Shown piece after piece: positions 14,095-28,114 of a stretch of 64,000 nt of DNA. Source of the DNA: Antedon mediterranea (Eukaryota > Animalia > Echinodermata); the NCBI RefSeq assembly GCF_964355755.1, contig NC_092676.1:24756871-24820870 (forward strand), given 5' to 3'. The stretch's first letter is position 1. Each line of letters begins with the position of its first letter. Both the position numbers and the translations under genes were made by a program. The notes under the pieces are model-generated. The model ran no database searches, was not told where the DNA came from, and saw nothing but the letters and a program-made list of their open reading frames with translations.

Positions 14095-14839
14095 TTTTTA
14101 GTCGCGTGGAAACGACTCTATAGTTCACTATGTCGGTCGGTCGGTCTGTCAGTCTGTCGGTCTGTCGGTCCGGTATCACTATGCGTTTTATCGCTTTCTG
14201 ACTTTATCTTGATATCAGTTTAATCTAGCTAGGTCATTTTTTCACAGTATATTCCTTATGGCCAGGAATCTATGTGGTTATGTTTTCACGGTGCGCAATA
14301 AAAAATTACGCGGTCTACGCACGATTTAACGAAATCACGTTTGTAATCATATCTTCACAACCATGAATCACAATTAAATAAAATTTGGTACTCATAAATT
14401 TCAGGGCATAAATCATCATAATGGCAATACAATGACGTGCGTAGCGCATGTAACGCATGCGTACGCGCGCTTAAGATTTTCAAAATTCATTTTCGATGAA
14501 ATAAGAGTACGTTTCAGGCAATTTTAAGCGTTTACAAAATTGCACTGCGCGTTAAATGTTATTGCGCACTCTTTTTGCCCGATTTCTGTTTTCTTGACTT
14601 TTCAACTCGAAATCACGTTATACGAGCACGTCAAAAGTGACAGGCTACGCACGTGTAAATTTAAAAAATATAAATGTTTTTAAACATTTCAACATTTTTA
14701 AACATGTTCAGTAATTTCGGTCAGTATAGTTCACTATGTCGGTCGGTCGGTCGGTCGGTCGGTCTGTCGGTCTGTCTGTCTGTCGGTCCGGTATCACTAT
14801 GCATTGTAGCACGCGACTTAATGGCTGTTGGCCTTGTTT
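14095..14839 (+). mobile_element. DINE-1/HINE-like non-autonomous element with (GTCG/GTCT)n tracts
   Basis: Starts in a T-run, has agtcgcgt...acgcgact subterminal inverted repeats and two (gtcg/gtct)n blocks, and ends ggccttgtt. Short relatives at 4516-4608 and 27881-27960. The Helentron assignment is inferred from this structure. Confidence 0.65.
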
Positions 14840-14960
14840 CAAATAACGTTCACTCGCTGACTTCTTAGCATACAAACCGCATAGACTTCAAGAATTCATA
14901 CCACATCATTTTTCACTTATAACTGTAATTGATATCAGGACATCTTATATTTAATGATTC

Positions 14961-17900
14961 TTATCTAAACATGTCGTCATCGCTATCATGATTGTCACTG
15001 CTACTATCATGTTGCGATTCCTTTTCCACTTCATCTTCACTTTCATCTTCTTTTTCTTCTATATCGTCTTTATTCGTCTCTTCATCCTCACTATCAGATG
15101 AAGACGAGGAGGAAGTTGAATCTGCTTCAGATTCACTTGTCGTGTCAACTGGCTCGGTTAGTTGATCTATTGGTTCGTCATTTATATCTTCAGCGTCATC
15201 ATTAAGTTTGGTTTCACTTACTGCTTCTGAGATTTCCTCTTTAAAAAAATTAATTTGTTACAAAAGAAATTAAAGAATATTATTTGTTTGTTTAAGATAT
15301 GTATTGTTGTAAAATTTCGAAAGAGAATTATATATTTGAGAGAGTTAAAAAAAAAATGTTTTATGTACATTAAGTTTACAAAGGTTTCCCTTATTTATTC
15401 TTTAATGTTTAGGGACTGACCTGATAAGTTCTAGCTATTTTAGTTCTTCTCATGATGTTTTATTTATGTGTGTTTAACAATTATTTTTAGGTAAATATAA
15501 AAATAGAGAGTAGCCTAACTAAACACGTGTGTCCACACAGTACGACTATCTCCTGAGTGTCGGTGTAGTGTTATTAAACATATATTGCTCTTCGTTCATT
15601 TCATGGGAAAGTATCCGCTTAATATAAGCAGGGAAGATCTATTGCCTGATATAAGGGTACCACCTGAATAGGAACGTCCTGTGATTAAGAATGTCCCTAT
15701 TGTTTTTAGCCAAACGTCTTTTTTTTTCATTTCATTTCATTTCACATTTATTCAATTAATGAAAACTTAAAACAATGTAAACAATAAAAACAAATAAAGA
15801 TTTCATTAATTTGGATCAGACTTAGAAGCCAAGGCCTGTCTCAGAAAGACCCAACAAAACATAATACAAAATAAAAATGTATACAAATTAGGTAAAAGTG
15901 GCATAATAGTAATAATTAAACTTAATTTGATGTCTGAATATTTTTGCATTTTCAAATTTTTTTAGATTCTCTTTTAAGTTATTCCATAATTTAGGTCCAT
16001 GGACTGTAATAAAAAAATTGGCTTTTGCTAAGTCTTACAAAAGGAACATAAAGTAAATTTGTGTTCTTAAGATAATAACTATGGACAGTCTTACTGTCTT
16101 TGGCTTTTTAAATAATGAAATTATGGAAAATGGAAGTTGACCTTTAACATATTGGAACATAAAAGTAAGTATTTGTTGTCTATGTAAATCTATTACTTTT
16201 ATAAAGATATTAAGTTTTTTAAACAATGGTTCAGAAGTTGAGGCAAATGGTGCTAGGTTGATTATTCAAACAACACGTTTTTGGAGTTTTAGTAATCTAT
16301 CCATGTTTGAAGGATAATCACTGCACCAAATAAGGTTGCAGTATTGTAAATAAGGAAGGATAAGAGAATTGTATAATGTAATTAAAATATGTTGAGGGAA
16401 AGTAAACTTCAGTTTATTTAATATTCCTATAGATTTAGATACTTTATTTGCAACATAATATTGGTGCGGTTTCCAACTTAGATGTTCGTTTACAATTATA
16501 TCTAAGAATAGAGTTTCAGGTTTTTTGTTAATGTTTTTCCCATTTAAAGTAACTTTTAAGTTTGATACGTTAACTTTCTTTTGGATGGGATGAAATAATA
16601 AATAATTAGTTTTTTCGATTTTTATTAAAAGTCTATTTGCATCAAACCAAGAACCAATTGTTTTTAACTCATTGTTTATAGTATATTGTATAAAATATCT
16701 AAATTATCATGCGAGAAAAATAATGTTGTATCATCGGCGAAGGACACAACCTGTAGAGTGTCACTCACACGAGTCAAGTCATTTACATATATTAAGAACA
16801 ATAACGGTCCCCGCCAGAACCTTGTGGAACGCCACAAGTTATGTCCCTCGTCGATGATTTACATCAATCCAATGAAACAAATTGCTTGCGGTCAGTAAGA
16901 TAACTTTTGAACCAGTCCAAAGATATACCTCTGATCCCATATTTATCAAGTTCGGAGAGTAAAATTTGGTGATTTATAACATTTCTTCTTTTCTTCTCGG
17001 TATTTTTTATATATAAATAGAGAGTGTCGGTTTTTACTAAAGCGTGGTTCTCACTAGAGAGGCAACACAAGGACGCAACGCAACGTAAGTGATTTGACTA
17101 ATCAGAAGCGATGAAATATTCAAACTGTCGATTGTCAACTTGCTTAAGTTGGGTCTACGTTCTTATACGGTACACTTCAGAATGGCAGTATAGCCTACTT
17201 ACCAGATTCAATTGGGTCATCATAGCTTTCTATCGTTATGATACTCATTCCTATACAAATAGAAAGTCAAAAGTGTTTTATTTTTTTTTGCTGCAAAAGC
17301 TAATGTTTAAATTCTTCAAAAACGTATACAAATTAGTATCTTTACAATTCAATTTGCTGTGATAGGAATAAATATTAGGCCTACAGTACATTAATAGTAC
17401 TATTATACTATATTACATGCATTTACTATTATTAATAAATTACATTCATTTTGAAGCGAACAAGAATACAATAATAAATATTTTTTATTTTTGTTCCTAT
17501 CAAGAGAATTCTGTTTTAAATATTGTCACAATTATTCATTATAAAACTAAATGGTTTTGTTGAACATGTTATTCATTTGGTACATTACGATGTAATTCTA
17601 CTTACTGCGTGGTTCAAATTCGGATATCGTGGTATTAACTGTACTGGCAATTGAGTGTCCTAAAAGTTAAACAAATTTCATTCATCAAAAAACTAATCAA
17701 ATCATCAGGAAGTAACCAAAGCTCCTTATAAAAGTATTGCATTTTATCAAGAAATATAGTTTAAGAAATATGTTTTCTTGAATTTTTAGGTTTTTCATTT
17801 TGTTTAGTTGTTAATCAACCCTAACCCTTAAAAAATATATTATAGTTAATACTCACGTTTTTCCTCTATCAGAATCGACTAGAATTGAAAAATTGAAACA

Positions 17901-20900
17901 AATAGTTTGCATATTACATTACAGAAATCCACTTTTTGAACTCATTATAGCCTTGTAATTTGTCAAAATTCTAAAGATACAGTAGTAAACTATAATGAAG
18001 TTGTAATAGGCCTATTGATACGTTATCATACTAATGTTAATCAAATATAAAATTTAAATGTTCCACTTACAGCTAACTTAATATCATCTCTTACATCTGT
18101 AATCTGATAAAGTATAAAATAAAAAACTTATATTTTTGGTAATGGCTTCATAAAGTACGATATAAATTAATACTATACTGGTAATTGATTGATTATGTAC
18201 TGTATGAACTTATAAAGCGCAACCTGAGTTAATATTTTTTAATATTACTGTAAGATAAGATTTTGTTTCAAGAGACGGCTCTGTAACGCTTGGTTCCTAC
18301 TATAGACGCACACACACTGCAAGTTGACTAATGACAAGTCTCATTGTGATAATCACTCGCTTGTGATTGGTCAAATTACTCGCGTTGCGCTTACGTCGTT
18401 GTGTTGTAGCGGGGAACAAGATATATATATATATATATAATATACGATTTTAAACGGATGTTCCATATTATATATTGTTGGTATAAATAACAGTAGTACT
18501 TACATCCTTGCTAAAGTAGCAGTATACAGAAATGGTTATTCCGTTCGAAGAAAATAAGATATAGAATATCAACCAATAGAGGTATTCTCTATCTGCCAGT
18601 ATAACAAAGGCCCAGGTGAGGATTAGATGAGGTACCAAGTAAAGTGAACCGAATGTACAGTGCCTGATAAAACAACATAACAATTGTGTTTAATGTTATT
18701 CATCCATAAGCGTACAGATTGGTTCCATGTTTGTACGTTCTGTTTCTTTACTTATCTAAACAAAACAACATTATTTATCAGCTACCGAGGATTTTCGTTG
18801 TGCGTCAAACCACGGCAGTAACAAGACAATGAGCTCCCCTCGCCAAGATAGGAACTCGTAACAGTCCTTTAATCTGATCTCTCGCTGAGAAAAATACCAA
18901 CAGTACTGTACAATGGGCATATTTTCCGTGGCGCGCGGTGTCTGTTAAGGGGCGTGGAACTATCGTGTCGCAGCCATATATAAACCCATTGATCTCCACC
19001 CTTGAAGCTCAGCATCCTGTTGTTAGAATGCCTTGGTTTACTAATTATAAATATGAGAAAGAGAAATTATGGGTCTGATTTCCTACCTGAGATGCAGTTT
19101 GATCTCTTCTGCTCTCTTAGATCCTTTTGATCCTTTAATTTTACGCAACGAGAGTAAAACCAGTAGCGTAATTCTTGCCTAAATAAAAAAAATATAAATA
19201 CATACAATTGAATATTTTTAGTTTCCATGATAAAAAAAATCTTCTAATAAACACTAATAAAACGTTAATTGTCTTACCCGTCATGCACGAATACTTACAA
19301 CAATTAGAGTCATCGAAGGGAATACAAAAGCAACTAGACCACCTGCTTCAAACTTTAACCAGCATCTGTAAAAAAATAAATAAAGGTAACATTAAGTGCA
19401 ATTTTTTTTAACTGGATCAAAATAAATCCTCCTTTTAAAACTAATCTTTTACTTTTTTCAGTAGTTCAACCTTGTTACCATATTGGGTGACTCACCAGAA
19501 AGTTGGGTATACGGTGGATAATTGTTGATACCTAAAAATTTAACCCCTTAAAAATTTAACCCCCTAAAAATTGTATACCTTAAAAATTTAACACATTAAA
19601 AATTTAACACCTTAACAATTTAACACCTTAAAAATTATAATAATTACCCTTCACTATCACCGTACCCATGATGAATACCAAAAAACACCGCAGCAATCAC
19701 TAAAGACCCTCCATATGCAAACGTAGCGTAACCTATCCTCTTCGACGGACTTCCTTGGACTCTGTATTGGTTGGCACGCATGAACAAGTGTACACTCTCA
19801 ACCGTGAGCCACAAGAGAATGGACATGTAGAAGAAGTGCAAGAGTACGCCAAATATATTACAATACAGCTGTGAAGATACGAAATAGAACATGATTCTTA
19901 AAAAGATTGCAAGAAGTCTCACAAAATATTTAATTTGTTGAAACTTAAATTCGAACCAAATAATTTCAAATTAACAAAAACGGCAATATAAAATAATGAA
20001 TTAATGTTTCGTGTAGGCATCTCTATACATTATTAACTTACGAGATAAAACATGATTCTTAAAAAGATTACAAGAAGTCTCACAAAATATTTACTTTTTT
20101 TAAACTTAAATTTGAACCAAATAATTTAAAATTAACAAAAACAGCAATATAAAATAATGAATTAATGTTTCGTGTAGGCATCTCTATACATTATTAACTT
20201 ACGTGATATTCGATGACTTCAGAATTTACTATAAATAGTATCGTAGCGCAGAATGTCGATAACAGTAGATTGGAGTAAATGAACACCATTCCAGGTCCTC
20301 TGAACAAACCCCTTGATTTATCAGAAGAATATAATAGAATGTTATAGAGCAGTCCAATCACCCAAGTAGTATAAGGTTTGCGTTGTCAGGAGAATAATAC
20401 AGAAGGAGTTCAGGACCTCTTTCATTGCTCTTAAAATTCCACCACCTAAGCTGCTAAGCTATAATTTAAAGATCATTTACACAAGACAAACGGAATAGAA
20501 TTTTAGGCATACTTACCATATAGTATTGATAAACTTGGCAACGTAGAATATTGCTATGAATGAAACTATGCATATACTATATATGCCTAGCCTTTCGCCT
20601 AGTCGAGCATAGTCGAAGCCCTCCTCCTGAAAATACAGTGTAATTAATATAAAAAAGGATGTGATAGTGTTGATAGTGAGAGGCTACAGTAGTATAAGCA
20701 AGACACTGAGCTCGCCTTGCAAAGATAGTAACAGTCCTTTGATCTTATGTCTGGCTGCGACAAATACCAACAATACTGTACTATATTCTCCGGCCTCGCG
20801 GTGTCGGTTAAAGAGTGTGGAACTGATCGTGTCACAGCCATAGATAAACCCTTTGATCTGAGGAGCCCAGCATTCTGTTATTAGTATTGGTATGAGAGAC

Positions 20901-23900
20901 GATAATGGTGAAGTGGTTGCTTTGCAGCCGAATTATGATTTATTTCATTTTAACCTATAAATTGGTAACTAATAAACAAGTGGGTTAGCTGCACACCTTA
21001 TACTTTACTATAAATTGTATTACACTATTTAATAGGAACATAGTTAATACATATATGAATTGATCGGATCCACTGACCTCAACTGGTTTTTCAACTGGAG
21101 TAAAAATTCCAAATGTTGTTGTGTGATCACATTTACATTTCACATGCCTGTCAACATATCCAATGTTTTTACAACCAGTAGTTGACCAAATCCTGAATGA
21201 AAAAAATATTCAATTTTGTATAAAATATTATCGATCGAGTGGAAATTTCAATAATGCATCTTAATTTCGTCGGTAATCGTTACAAGACAGAAACTTATGA
21301 TATTTATACTTGCGAGAATAATTTAATAATTAATAATTTTTTGGTTAGTTAAAACTTTTCACAACGTACCGTTTACTCACGTGCCAAAATACACAAAGTG
21401 CATTTTCAGTAAAATATGTTTCATCAGATGAAATAAGAGACTATAAAACAACAAGAAGTATACTGTAACAAGTTAATTAAGCAAATTCACTCTTCCGTTA
21501 TAATAATAATATAGTATGCCTTATGGAAACAATGTACGGAAGGCTTGGGTTGTTTTAAAGTTGTTTTAATAAATTTGTAGTTGTAGTTCAAACTTATGTT
21601 TAACTTACATAATCTAACTCCATTGAAAATTCCACTGAAACTTGGAATGATGTCGTGTTTGTCCCTATACTGTATGACAACAAACCAGTTGCAAGCGTGT
21701 AGGGAACACCACTCTTATCTTCGATACTGAAATACATATGAATAAAACTTATAGATAACTCTTTAGAACAATGTAATTCTGGAATACCGAACTTAAAATT
21801 ATAATCCTTGCATAACTACAGAAGTTTTTCTGCTGTAAAAGTTACTTGAATAGAATTTTGCCAAGTATAGTACTTGCTTTGTTTGCTTGTTAGCACGATA
21901 GCGCCTACAATTTTCAAGTTATCATTCTGTGTTATTTTTCGGTGTAAATATAGGTACGGTATATATTTACAGAATATGCCTATTGAATTTAAAAAAAATC
22001 GGTTCATTAATACTTCACAAATAACAAAAAAAAAGATAAATTTGTATTCTTTTAACATGGGCCGAAACATCAATATTTTCTTCCAAGTATACTTCACTCA
22101 GTTTCTGAGGGCTTTCATTAGTGTATTGTTATGTTTTTCTTCGAATGTGTTATTGGAATTTTGACCAAATAAATAAATTCATGAATGTTGTTTGTAAAAA
22201 GTCAATGGCACCGCTAAAAACAGAATTGTACCCAAATGACGCTGATTGAGATTTGTTTTGTACGCGTGCGCGTACGCGTGCGCAAAGGCTTTTGTGAATT
22301 GCATTGCTCTGTACTGGAAATATACTGTTACATTTACCTTTCCTCCATTTCAATGGAATCACTCTGCGTTTCAATAATTACATCTTTATCATAATATGTA
22401 GCGACAATCGTTGCTGTTTCTGAAGACGAAAATAGTAATTGATTATCATTAATTTAAAGAAAATTCTAAGATACCATATAGTTGACCAACATCATCATCC
22501 TCCTATACTGTACAGAACCTAATTTGAGTATAGTCGCACATGGGTTGGTCACATTTATGCAGCTGGGCATCCTAATTTTCCTTAAGTTTTGTGTTCCACA
22601 CGTTTCTAAATTATTATTATCATTATTACATTACAATTTTTACACGAATACCTTGTTTCTACCCTGTTTCTACCATTACCGGTATTGTATAAGTTAACTA
22701 TAATTATTGTAAGTTAAATATATTTCATATTTAATTTTTGAATTCTTCTCTTTAAATGATGATAATTTTATTTTTGTTATTCTGTTCTAATTTTTAAAAC
22801 AGTTTGTGTGACCTTTATCTTAGACCAAGATTAAGAGATCAATAGAATGACACTTACCGTCAATCCCACGAGCAGAATTGGCATCTAACGTTACATAACA
22901 TTTGTCCTTTGGTTTTTTGTTTACAGAATTATCTTTAGTAACAGCAAAGTCATCTCCATCTTTGGAAATGTGTACAGTCCAATTTCTAGATTTAATTGGT
23001 GAAATGCTGGAAACTAAGCAAAAAACACATACTTTAATGACTGGTTTTATACTTTTGCAATCTGTTTATTTTTTTCAATTTGTTTACTTTTATAATTTGT
23101 TTACTTATGCAATTCCTCTACTTTGAATCCCTCTTTTTTGGTAATCCCTCTACTTTGGTAATCCCTCTACTTTGGCAATCCCTCTACTTGGCAATTCCTC
23201 TACTTTGGCAATTCCTCAACTTTGGTAATTATAATTCTACTATAGTAATTCGCCTACTTTGGTCATTCTTCTACTATAGTAATTCGCCTACTTGGTCATT
23301 CGCCTACTTTGGTCATTCGCCTACTTTGGTCATTCGCCTACTTTGGTCATTCGCTTACTTTGGTCATTCGCCTACTTTGGTCATTCGCCTACTTTGGTCA
23401 TTCGCCTACTTTGGTCATTCGCCTACTTTGGTCATTCGCCTACTTTGGTCATTCGCCTACTTTGGTCATTCGCCTACTTTGGTCATTCGCCTACTTTGGT
23501 CATTCGCCTACTTTGGTCATTCGCCTACTTTGGTCATTCGCCTACTTTGGTCATTCGCCTACTTTGGTCATTTGCCTACTTTGGTCATTTGCCTACTTTG
23601 GTCATTCCTCTACTTTGGTCATTCCTCTACTTTGGTAAATTCCTCTACTTTGGTAAATTCCTCTACTTTGGTAAATTCCTCTACTTTGGTCATTCCTCTA
23701 CTTTGGCAAATTCCTCTACTTTGGCAAATTCCTCTACTTTGGCAAATTCCTCTACTTTGGCAAATTCCTCTACTTTGGCAAATTCCTCTACTTTGGCAAA
23801 TTCCTCTACTTTGGCAAATTCCTCTACTTTGGCAAATTCCTCTACTTTGGTAAATTCCTCTACTTTGGTAAATTCCTCTACTTTTGTAAATTCCTCTACT

Positions 23901-26900
23901 TTGGTAAATTCCTCTACTTTGGTAAATTCCTCTACTTTGGTAAATTCCTCTACTTTGGTAAATTCCTCTACCTTGTAATTCCACTACTCCCAATTCCTCT
24001 ACTGTTACAATTCCTCTACTTTTTCAATTGTGCAATCGTTCTGCACAAACAAATTACATGCCTACAATACTTACCAACGTGTTTTGATGGTTGGATTAAA
24101 TCAACGTTTTCTTCTGAATTTACAACTTGTTGCATCACCTTTTCAGTGGCTATAATCATATCGATTTGTTTATTGATTTCCTGAAACCAAAATTATAGAA
24201 AGGTTACGCTGTTGTTGTTGTTAAAAATGTCGATAAAAAGTCAGGAACAGTTTCCTAGTGTAGACCAGTTGAATACCTTAAAAACCTGCATGTTTGCAGA
24301 CAAGTCTAAGTCTATTGGTAACCAAACACTGAGTTTATTCAGAATAAAAAAATGTTAAGTTTATATATACAGTACCTTGTTTTCATTATATACAACTATA
24401 TCTGTCACTGAAACAACGTCCTGGTTGTAAAAATAAAAAATAAACAAATTGTTTACAAGATACTTTTTTTTCTATTAGCCTAAAATAATCTAAAAATATC
24501 AATTAATTGAAATTTAAGGGACTCAAAATCACTGAAACTTTTACCATGACGCGACGAGTCTACGATCTGTTTTATGTCCGCCGTTATAAAATTAAAAAAT
24601 CGCTATTGTGTCTACAATATGTTTGATATTAATAAGTAAAATGTTTACCTCTACTGTTTGCTTTATATCACGATCGGACACAAACACTCCATCTGCTAAT
24701 TCAATAATCACTGATGATAACATATCAATTTCATTGTTTGAGAGTTGTCGTGGATTTGCTAGTTTTGATGCAATTCCGGATATGCGTAATTTATCTGTTA
24801 ATGATGATCCGTTCATCTTGAACAAAAAAATGAACCCGTCCATTATTTGTTTTTCGTGTCACTCTAGCGGGGCCAGAAGCATTTTTCTACTATGAGGTTA
24901 AGGCAGAAATCATGAATAATGACATTGACATTATGACATTGTAGTATATATAGTAAAGTACAAATAATTAGGGTCATGAATTATTCATGATTTCTGTCTT
25001 AACCTAATACGAAACAAATAATGCGGCAGAGGATACGCCACTGTAGCAAGTTATCAGCAAAATAAAGTTACTTACTAACGCGCCTAGATTTTGAAAAGCA
25101 ACGCGGATGTTCACATTGAATGTGAACTGTACACTGTTTCCACTAGGGTCAGTAGCGGTATAAACGACTCTTGTATTTCCAATGATAAAAATGTCTCCAG
25201 AACTATGTGTTGATGAGATTGTCGGCGGGATCATAGAGTTATCGGTGGAAAGAGGTTCGTTCCATTCCACAGATGAGTTCGTCTCGGTCGCATCAATAAA
25301 AATCTCTATGTCACTTGTCATGTTAACAAAGTCTGGAGGTTCATCGTCTGAAATTGAAAAAAAAGCGGTATGTTTATAAGCAGTTAGACAGATTTCATCA
25401 ATATTTCTATGATGAATAGTACGAGTTCGCAGCAGATCAGCAGAGTTAAACCTTACCGTTTAAACGGCACATAAGCGCAACTGATTCTTTTTTCAGACAT
25501 TAGGCCTAGCCTACTCACCAAACACATCAATTTCAAACTGGCATAGTACAAAATTCGCGGCTTCGTCAATGGCTCTGAAGGTGACTGTAGTTGTGGAAAA
25601 GAGAAATACGTCACCAGTGTTATGATCAGACGTAATGGTAGGCGGGATCTGTGAGTTATCCGATGCACTTGGCTGGGTCCAATTCACCACTGCTGTGTAC
25701 AGGCCATCATCAGTACCAATTGAAATATCAGATGGACAGTAAATAAAATATGGCTTCTCTAAATCTATCGAAATAAGGTAATAATACACTTCTATGAACA
25801 CCGAATGAAAGTAAATATATTTATATTTAAAAGTTACAATGATACAAAATATAATAGTGCAGGTAACATATTAAAGACTGTTTGTGGTACACCACATACA
25901 TTTAGTATGAACAGCAATGTGACACCACCTTAGAAACAATACTCTTCTATAGCTGGTTTCCATTGCGCCCATTGTGAAGCTTACTATTGTTTTAACTTTC
26001 ACACCAGTCCCACCCAATTTCCTCTATATTCCCAGTTTTCTGAACTTTCTTCATTCTCACTCCCGGGGACGATCGAAGTATGTTGATCGAAACGTCGAGA
26101 AACTCATCAGTTCCTTTCATTACTATACGTGGTGTACCGCAAACTTTACATCAACATTTTGATTTCACTATGCAAAACTTCAAACAATATATTAAAGACT
26201 ATTAATAACATAAAGCTATACCTAAAACTGTAATAACGAAAGAACAGTTCTGTACGTTTGATGCACCATCTGAAGCAGTGTAGATGACTTGTGTTTGGCC
26301 TACAGTAAAAGCCTCTCCTGGCACGTAATTGGTAGTAACTACTGGATGGTGTCCAGAATTGTCAATAATGTCTTGGAAGTCCCACTCTACGCGTGCCGAA
26401 GGCAATCTGTACTCTGTGTTGACGGTAATATCCATAGGACAGGTATAAAATACAGGTGCTTCAGTGTCTGATAAATAGCCAAGAAAATAGATAATAATGC
26501 TATGATAACTATTAAATTGTTTATTCTATATACAAAGAAACATCGACCTCAATTCTTTTGAATTATGCGTATTGCTGTTTAATAAAAAATATTCTACTAA
26601 TATACTTGATTCCCACTGGGCGCAGCGCAGGGACTAAGTGTTTTGACAAATCACAAACGATGGAGTATTCGAACTGCCGTTTGTCATTGGTCAACTCGCT
26701 TGCGTTACGTCTAGGTACTTACGTTACGTCCTAATGGGACCAAAGCTTAAACAATACGATCAATTGTGATTACCTTCAACTAGTATATGAAACACACACG
26801 TTATTGTGTTCATAGATGGATCAACAGCAGTAATGTTTCCAGTGTGGAAACCAATAGTAAACTCATCCCCTGACAAGTGCGAGTGATGCATTGTGGGTGC

Positions 26901-28078
26901 TTCTCCTGAATTATCCGTTGCATTAATGCTATCCCAGAAGACAGTCGCTGTTGGCATTCTGTGATCCGTAGAGACCGTAACATTGGCAGGGCAATTATGA
27001 ATAACTGGAGATTGATCATCTGAAAAATAGATACAGTTTGTTTATGAAGCGCTGAACGAGAAACTCGGAAAAACCTCATTTATAAGGAAAAATATTTATC
27101 TCTATCAACTAGCTCTATCTATTAGCTATGTTGCTAATTCTTCTTACCTAAAACTGTTATATTGAATTGGCAATATGCAATGTTTCCCGCAGCATCTTCA
27201 GCGGTGAATAAAATAAGATGAAATCCAATTTGGAGTTCCATTGACGTCACTTCCCGATCAGCAATCAATGGATTCTCACCACTGTTGTCAGTTGCGTTCA
27301 GATAGTCCCATGAAACGATTGTTGTTGCAACATTAGGATCTGAAAAACCTGTAAGATCCTGAGGGCAATTTCTGAATACAGGGGCGGTAATATCTGGAAG
27401 ATAAAGATCACATCATTTATTGTAGGCCTACAGTGATACCAATTTCGTTCAATTCATCCAAAGGTTTTACAAAGATTCGGCAAACTTTTTGAGATATCTT
27501 ATCAATGGACAATCTTGATGTATGTAGGCCTCGAAAGCTTTTTTAGTTTTTCATTTTAAGAATAAGTATTTGATTTTTTACCGATTATAGTGATAGTAAA
27601 TTCACATGTATTAAAGTTTCCAGCTTCATCTGTTGAATTGTAGACAACGTCTGTATCTCCAATATAGAAATTGTCACCAGACTGAAAGTTTACAGTTACG
27701 ACTGGAGCATCTCCAGAGTTGTCCGTGCTGCTAGGTGCTACCCACGTGACTTGTGTAAAATCGCTTGTGTCCAATGCAACATCCTCAATATCTGTTGGGC
27801 AGTTTGTAAACTCGGGATGTTCTTCGTCTATTAATGGCAAAGAAAATTAGTAATTTATCATTGTAGACCATTTAATTGCATTTTTTAGTCGGCTACAGCT
27901 ACGGTTGGTCGGTAAACACTAACTTGAGCACGCGACTTCAGACATGTATATGGCCTTGTTAAATATGAGTAGACTCATTCGAGAAGGCAGCACTCGAACA
28001 CATTTCACGGCTGAAGACTTGTTCAACGGAGTATATTTACTTATCATGTGACTCACAATCTTCCAATCAATTGACAAG

Positions 28079-28114
<36 letters not shown>

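Noticed and set aside
23080-23993. Long repetitive ORFs (up to 257 aa) on both strands
   Set aside because: They are translations of a 17/18-bp minisatellite inside a GT-AG intron whose flanking exons already join in frame.
24817-24865. Longer 5' extension of the first GAIN exon (MDGFIFLFK)
   Set aside because: The upstream TAG acceptor gives an in-frame TGA; the TTTTTTTGTTCAAG acceptor at 24817 fits the phase.
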